A DNA stretch of 64,000 nucleotides, from the NCBI GenBank assembly GCA_951406725.2, contig OX597815.1, positions 211,978,001-212,042,000 of the forward strand, read 5' to 3'. Source of the DNA: Octopus vulgaris. Lineage: Eukaryota. This document shows positions 56,744-64,000 of this stretch, piece by piece. Under the pieces are notes generated by a model, which searched no databases, was not told where the DNA came from, and saw only the letters and a list, made by a program, of their open reading frames with translations. Positions within the stretch are counted from its first letter, which is position 1, and every line of letters starts with the position of its first letter. A program made the translations under genes and the position numbers.

Positions 56744-56914
56744 GAAATCTTACACTCTAAACTACATTTTCTGAAACAAGAACCTACAACTACAGCGGAA
56801 AAGCTAAAAACAAATGTAACTATTATATACACATAATGATAAATAGACAGTTTGCCAAAAGAGCCAAAATTAGTTTATCGCAGCCTAAACGTAAACAACA
56901 GAAAATATATGCAA

Positions 56915-57100
56915 AATACATCTTTCAACTTTTCTTTGTAGACGACCTAAATCTGTATGGGCCAAGTATTAACCAGATCAAAAAGCAATTGCCTCTCGTT
57001 ACTCAATATTTCACAGACATCGGAATGAAATTAAGAGTGTACGAATGTGCATTTAAGGTCCTAAAAACTTGTAAGCTGCCAAACACAAATGCAGATTTAC
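56915..57100 (+). pseudogene. R4/Dong-like reverse transcriptase fragment
   Basis: QLFFVDDLNLYGPSINQIKKQLPLVTQYFTDIGMKLRVYECA covers RT motifs 5-7 (F.DD..Y, DIGM, KCA). Confidence 0.78.
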
Positions 57101-57261
57101 AATACCCACATATTCGCCAGTTTGCACCCTTGACCGATATATATATATATATGCTTTGCAAAGATCCATTCTTTTTTCTTGTCTCAAAACCTGAACTTTC
57201 AGTCTTTGAACTCACTAGATCACCCTACAACTACATAATCAGAGTTGCCCAGTAAATGCAT

Positions 57262-57710
57262 TCTTTCTTTCTTTCTTTCTTTAGACAGCATTCACCCGGG
57301 GTGGTTTGAGTTGGCTTTATTCATCCTCAATGCTGCATCTCTCACAAACGCCGACCAGGCCTGGCGATTTGAGGTTAACGACCGTGTGGCCTCCAACCAC
57401 TCCTTATTCCAGCGTAGACATGGGGGCCTAGGTTGGGTTCCAGATCAGCCTTGACTATCATCAGCCAGGTTTTTCGTTGTCCACCCTGAAGGGGAGCTGG
57501 GTCAATTGCTTCATAGGTGAATTCTCCTGGTTGACGACGGAGGGCGTGACCCAGCCAACGCAGACGTCTCGTTAGGATGACTTGTTGGAGGGAGGGGATT
57601 TTGCACTGATGTTGCACCGAATTGTTGGAGACAAAGTGATGCTATCGGACACGAAGGTTGCGGCGTAGACAGAGGTGATCAAAGGGTTCTAATCGCTTAA
57701 ATATATTGCG
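57262..57710 (-). mobile_element. RTE-like LINE 3' end
   Basis: LEPFDHLCLRRNL..VSN..RRLRWLGHALRR..GGQRKTW..NRQAWSAFV, followed by an (AAAG)n tail. Confidence 0.85.
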
Positions 57711-59710
57711 CAACAACTTCCAAGCCCGAAATTTGTCATTTCAAAAGATCTAAAACGTTAACGCTTTATCTCTCTCTCTCCTGTCAGAGACAACTTAGCA
57801 GGCAACCGATGATCTCGTCTTTAGATATGTCTCTTCACATTGCTTCCACAACGAATAAACTTCACTACCTACGACCGCTAACAAAAATTAGTCTAGCTTT
57901 AGCAATTGTTGACTTTTTCCCACCACAGCAACTTTTGAGGAACAACTATTCGATATATGTATGTGCGTCTATATATGTACATATGTATGTATATATGTAT
58001 GTATGTATGTAGGTAGGTAGGTAGGTAGGTAGGTATCAAGAGGTGTGAAATTACTCTTTTTGGGGACGATGAAAGTCGATGCAGATAAAGCATGTAAATA
58101 TTGGATTTAAAAACCCTTTGGACAGAAGTCGAAGGCTGCTCGTGGGACACGAAACCATATCTTTTATTGAAGGGTGATTTTAATCCAATATGTACACGCC
58201 ATTATTTATGGCTGTATCAGCTTCGAATTTCGCCGCTCAAACAAAGAATTTTATGCATGCATAGGTATGTGTGTATATATATATATATACATACACACAC
58301 ATACACACACATACATACATACATACATACATACATACATACATACATACATACATACATACATACATACATACATACATACATACATACATAGGCGCAG
58401 ATGTAAGGTGTTTTCTTCTTAACCACATGGTTCTGCGTTCTGTCCATTGCGAGAAATCTTGGACAAATGTCTTCTACTATAGATATTTGTGTATTTACAG
58501 AACAAACTGACATTGAGTACAAGATACAGAAAACCAAGAGGAGAGGACAGGGTATTTCAGGTCCGACAGCTGTTTCTGGGTGCTTAGAATTACGTAATAA
58601 TTGTAATATAGGCAGATATAGAGTGAAAAAAGGTCAAGAGTATGTAACTGGCAGTTAAACATTATCTTAAATCCTCTGTTTTCTGGGTGGAGAGATTGGT
58701 ATCCAACCTAGAGATTGGCATCTTTTGAAAATTTTCAATTTTCGTTTCACTCTGTAAATATCCCAATATATATATATGTAAATAACATGTATGTTTGCAT
58801 ATTTTATATATCAAGTCCAAGCGTTTCAATTTGTTTACTTGCAACAAATAAAAAGAAGCAGAAACTCAAATGAATTCCTCATATAGTCACTCTCTATCCT
58901 GAGGACTTAATCCTCGATAAAGATTTCGGCGTGTAACATCAAATCAATTGAGCAGTACTACGTTTTCCATATTGAGCATCTCTGATCTCACCTGTTACCT
59001 CTCACTCTCCCTCTCTTCCTTGCCCTCGCTCTCTCTCGCTATCTATCTATCTACTTACCTACCAATCTATCTATCTGTCTCTCTTGTCCTGTATATATAT
59101 CATGAGAACATGTTTATAAAAAACACGGATGCATCAAATGACGTATTTTTAGAAATTAAGAAAATCTCCAACGCAGGAGAATAGCTGTGAAAACAGCTTT
59201 TAGAAAATCGGGTAAAATACCTCTATAGATGGGGGGAAAAGTGACCAGCAGCCTCTAAATATGTGCATGTATATGTGCATGTATGTATGTATGTATGTAT
59301 GTATGTATGTATGTATGTATGTATGTATGTATGTATATACATTATATATATAATGCAAATATATATATATATTTATACACACACACACATATATATTTTT
59401 ATATAAATATATATATATACATGCACATATTTAGAGGCTGCTGGTCACTTTTCCCCCCATCTATAGAGGTATTTTCTAAGATAATGTTTAGTCAGATTTC
59501 TCGCAGTGGACAGAACCCAGAACCATGTGGTTGAGAAGAAAACATCTTACATCTGCGCCTATGTATGTATGTATGTATGTATGTATGTATGTATGTATGT
59601 ATGTATGTATGTATGTATGTATGTATATACATTATATATATAATGCAAATATATATATATATTATATTTATACACACACACATATATATTTTTATATAAA
59701 TATATATATA

Positions 59711-60785
59711 CAAAATAATGGAAACACATTAAAACTTTAAACAAATTTATTTTAATATGGGGTAGGACCGCTTTTGGCAGTAACTACAGCTTGAATTCTA
59801 CGAGATATGGACTCGTACAAACTTCGAATCATTTCCAAAGGAATTTTTATCCATTCTTCTGCTAAAACTCTCTCCAGTTCTTGTAGTGATCAAGATGGAA
59901 GATATCGACTCCTTACTTGTTTTTCTAAAACGCACCATAAATGGTCGATAATATTGAGATCTGGGGACTGTGGAGGCCAGATAAGATGTTCAACTTCACT
60001 AGAATGTTCCTCATGCCATTCAGTAACAACTTTAGCTGCGTGAATTGGTGCATTATCATCCTGAATGATTACGTTTCCCTCTGGAAACAGTTCTGTAACC
60101 ATAAGATGAATTTGATCAGATAAAATGCTTAAATAGTCTTGACTATTGATTCTGCTATGAAGGGAAACCATTGGGCCGGCAGATTTCCAAGATATAGCCC
60201 CCCAGATCATCACAGGTCTTGCTCTATGTTTAAGAGTTGGAAGAAGGCAGTCTGGGTGAAATGCTTCTTTTGGCTGTCTCCACACGTATACTCGGCCGGT
60301 CGTCGGAAATAAAGTAAATGATGACTCGTCTGAGAAAATAGTATTCTTCCACTACTCTGGGGACCAATTCTGTAGGTTTTTACTCAACTTTAAACGCTTT
60401 GCAACATTTGTTTTTGAAAGTAGTGGTTTTCTGATTGCAGCCCTCCCGTGAAATCCGACTTTGTGCAGCTTTTGTGGAACAGGTTTTGTGGAAATTGGGT
60501 TCTCAAGGTGGTCATTAATCTCTGCAGTAATTTTGGAAGCTGTTCTTTTGTGATCCCTTCTAACAATTCGCGTAAGAGTCCGACGGTCCCTATCTGAAAG
60601 CTTTGGCTTTCTTCCCGATTTTGTTTCAACTAAGAGGTTCTCCCTCTTTTTAAAAGGCTGTCATTACTTTCGAGATAGTACTTCTTGATACACCAAGCAT
60701 TTCGGGTATTTTCGTTATGCAAGCGCCTGCCATACGAGCACCAACAATTTGATCTCTTTGAAAATCCGATAGATCTGTCATTTTA
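59711..60785 (-). pseudogene. Tc1-family element with decayed transposase (36-residue spacing)
   Basis: MTDLSDFQRDQIVGARMAG..; FSDESSF; VWRQPKEAFHPDCLLPTLKH..VMIWGAISW..QDDNAPIH..WPPQSPDLNIIDHLW. Confidence 0.92.
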
Positions 60786-60787
60786 AT

Positions 60788-60841
60788 GACCAAAACCTTG
60801 TGAGTGGATTTCGTAGACGGTAACTGAAAGAAGCACATAGT

Positions 60842-60927
<86 letters not shown>

Positions 60928-61115
60928 GTATCAGTGTTTGTCCCACCACCATCGCTTGACAACCGTAACTAAGCGGTTCGGCAAAAGAGACCGATAGAAT
61001 AGGCACTAAGCTTCCACCCAATAAATCCTAGGGTCGATTTGTTCGACTAAAGGCACTGCTCCAACATGTCCGCTGTCAAATGACTAAAACAAATAGAAGA
61101 ATAAAAGAATAAAAG
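60788..61115 (+). mobile_element. SINE family A, 5'-truncated
   Basis: GACCAAAACCTTGTGAGTGGATTT.. through the tail ..GTCAAATGACTAAAACAAATAGAAGA. Confidence 0.82.
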
Positions 61116-61175
61116 AATATATATATGCATATATATATATATATATATATGTTTGTATGTACGTAAGTATGTATG

Positions 61176-61212
<37 letters not shown>

Positions 61213-61253
61213 ATACATATATATATGTATGTGTATTTTTATATATATATATG

Positions 61254-61317
<64 letters not shown>

Positions 61318-61337
61318 TACATGTATGTATAAATATA

Positions 61338-61497
61338 CCGGAGTAAACACATAAATGTGAAACAAGGTGGAAAAAAGAGTACTCAAATGCCAGTGGTAGA
61401 GTAATATGCTTTATTCTAGCAAAAACTGTCCGACGAACGGGAACGTGAAACTCAGAGTAACACGTTTTGTTGAATTTTCTGCTGCTTTAAATAAAGT
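61338..61497. mobile_element. Second copy of the CCGACGA hammerhead element
   Basis: TGT-CCGACGA-ACG GGAA CGT-GAAA-CTC A GAG-TA-ACA at 61427-61462 (+). The flanks match 25497-25723. Confidence 0.72.
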
Positions 61498-61934
61498 AAA
61501 TATAAATATATATAGTTTGTTAAAACTTGACATACATTTTTGACAGATCCCACCAAGTAAATAAGCGTGTGTGGTGTGTATGTATGTATGTTTGTATCCA
61601 CACATACGCATACATATATACGTACGTACATACATACATGTATGTATGTATATGTGTATATATATATAGATATATTGGTTAGGATCTGTCAGAAATGTAC
61701 ATAAAGTATTACTCAAACTCTCAACCTATATATATATTTATAAACAGAAACACTACACCGAAGAGAAAATGCAAGAACTTGCTGACAGAAGACAAACCAC
61801 ACTCAACATGGCTGAATTTGTTGCTAGCTTTTGCTCACTCGAAATGTTTTTAGAAATATAGAACTTTTGATATTGTTTATAAACCAATTTACGTAGGGTG
61901 TGTGTATACATACATACATACATGTATATATATA

Positions 61935-62006
<72 letters not shown>

Positions 62007-62356
62007 CATATATACATCCATATATATACACACGCAGTGTGTGTGTGAATGTATGCATACGTATACACGACCGCACACGTATATAGTAATGGATATACAT
62101 ATGCATTCATTTGTGCGTGTGAGTCTGTGTATGTGAGAATGGGTGAGTGGATGTGCGTGCGTGCGTGTATGTATGCGTTGTGTGCGTGTGTGTGAGTGTG
62201 TGCGTGTAATTTACGAACAAAAACGGAATAGAATCTAGTGCTGACAAATTAGATGTCAAGATGTCCAAGAAATATTCCGGTTAGTTCTAATATATGTTGT
62301 TAGTATAAGTAGATTCATGGAAGCAGATGTATATCTATATACACACACACACACAC

Positions 62357-62387
<31 letters not shown>

Positions 62388-62429
62388 TGTATGTATGTAT
62401 ACATCCACACACACACGCGCACATATATA

Positions 62430-62479
<50 letters not shown>

Positions 62480-62959
62480 CATACATACATACATACATAC
62501 ATACATACATACACACATACATACATACATAGATACATACATACATACATACATACATACATACATACATACATACATACACGTTTATGTATTTGCTTGC
62601 CAAAATTCTTTATGTGAAATCGGGTGTTGAAATAATTATTGTTGTACTTGCAGACGGTCGTTTTGCAAATAAATACACGAACTATTTATTCGATCTTTAC
62701 TCTAGCTTTAATCTTATTAAATATTGTTTATTTGTTGGAGTTCTTTCGTCTCAGGTTTTGTGACTTTTTCAATGGTTACCTGTTCTTCTCTCTGTCTCCC
62801 CTTCTTTCTGCCCTTATTCTGTTTATTCCATCTTGTCTTTCTATTCTACGTATCACTATCTGGGCTTGTATTTTCGTCTGTGTCTCTGTGTGTGTATTTA
62901 TGGCTGGCACGTGTATGTGTATATAAGTTTGTATATTGTACTGTTTATTAAGTTGCTGG

Positions 62960-63500
62960 ATGGAGGCCTTACTATTCCATTCACGTTTTATGTTGAAGCT
63001 CAGTCTTATTTCTATGATGTGTATGGCCTCTGTAATCTGCCTGAGAGTTGTGTCAGTCCTATGAGCGAATAGGATCTTAACTTCTTTTGTTATGTATCGA
63101 GTTCTCTTGTTCTAGTTTGGCATATTGGTAGAACGCTGAATGACTTTTTCCTCCTTGGGCCCTAGCCAGTGATTTTTATCCCCTCTCCTATACTACGGGA
63201 TGTGTCCCCATTTGTATGTCTTTGTCATGTTTCAGCACCATCCCTCTATACACCTTATTCTATAAATCATATATATTCCTAGATTTACAGTTTATCTGTG
63301 AGTTTACCCTACTCACAATACAGTTCCTATCAACACAGAAAGCTCTTCCAAATGGGTATGTTCTGCTAATTAAACATTTTATTGGAATTCCTAGCTTTTC
63401 AGCTACTTTAATTTCTAGATTCAGTTTATCTAATGCGTTTCTAAAATGATCCGCTAGTTCGCTTCTAGGTGTAGCATCGATGAACATAACGCTCTTGTAT
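62960..63500 (-). pseudogene. Penelope-like (Neptune-type) linker plus GIY-YIG endonuclease relic
   Basis: SVMFIDATPRSELA..KVAEKLG..RTYPF...C....C..NCKSRN / IYRIRCIEGWC..TYK.GDTSRSIGE..LRQITEAIHI...NIKREWN, frameshifted. Confidence 0.82.
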
Positions 63501-63599
63501 TCATGGTCGTCATAGCCGTTTCCCGACATATTCTCTGGGAATCCTCCATATATGTAGTGAAACAGACATGGAATTTCCAAAGACAACACTAATTATTGT

Positions 63600-63920
63600 G
63601 AAGGTATGTGGCTTAGTGGCTGGGATATTTGGTTCACGATCGTAAGGTTGTGAGTTCGATTCCTGGCGGGGCGATGTGTTCAGAGCAAGCCAACTAATTT
63701 TACATTGCTGCAGTTCACACAGCCGGGGAAAATGAGATGTGCCTGTAATTCAAAGGGCCAGCTTTGTCACACTCTGTGTCACACTGAAGTTCCCTTAGAA
63801 TTATGTCAAGGGTACATCTTTCTGTGGAGTGCTCAACCACTTGCACGTTAAAATCTCATAAGCAAGCTGTACGGTTGATCGAGTCAACTGCAACACTCGT
63901 CGCCGTAACCGACGGAGAAT
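63600..63920 (+). mobile_element. SINE family C (tail type 3)
   Basis: TGGCTTAGTGG..TTCACGATCGTAAGGTTGTGAGTTCGATTCC head, with the same tail as 23668-23972. Confidence 0.8.
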
Positions 63921-63948
63921 AAGGCCACCGCTAATTATTATTACGGTG

Positions 63949-64000
63949 AAGGGCGGCGAGCTGGCAGAAACGTTAGCGCGCCGGGCGAAATGCGTAGCCG
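63949..64000 (+). mobile_element. SINE family B head, running off the window
   Basis: GGCGGCGAGCTGGCAGAAACGTTAGCGCGCCGGGCGAAATGC. Confidence 0.8.

Noticed and set aside
58555-58590. Half hammerhead on the minus strand (GAAA-CAGCTG-TC-GGAC)
   Set aside because: No matching CUGANGA strand was found nearby, so it is at best a truncated relic.
61755-61860. CCGAAGA...CGAAA spacing reminiscent of a hammerhead
   Set aside because: Stems I and III cannot be formed.

Overview
AT-rich, repeat-saturated eukaryotic non-coding DNA (intron or intergenic). The SINE repertoire and microsatellite load point to an octopus/coleoid cephalopod; this is recognised from memory, not verified by search. No intact host protein-coding gene is supported, and nearly all listed ORFs are microsatellite read-through. 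The window contains three tRNA-derived SINE families, decayed Tc1/mariner elements (DD34D-type mariner, DD37D maT, one with 36-residue spacing), pogo/Tc2-like and hAT MITEs, Helitrons, and CR1-, RTE-, R4/Dong- and Penelope-like retroelement relics. The standout signal is a dense set of hammerhead ribozyme (HHR) motifs in about ten unrelated small repeats. These include a non-circularly permuted hammerhead in two diverged copies with compensatory base changes (28767-28825 and 42379-42440, minus strand) and a 364-bp rod-folding retrozyme-like unit (48670-49154). Several fold-back elements have their inversion point just 5' of the HHR core. All structures were folded by eye, and boundaries of decayed elements are approximate.
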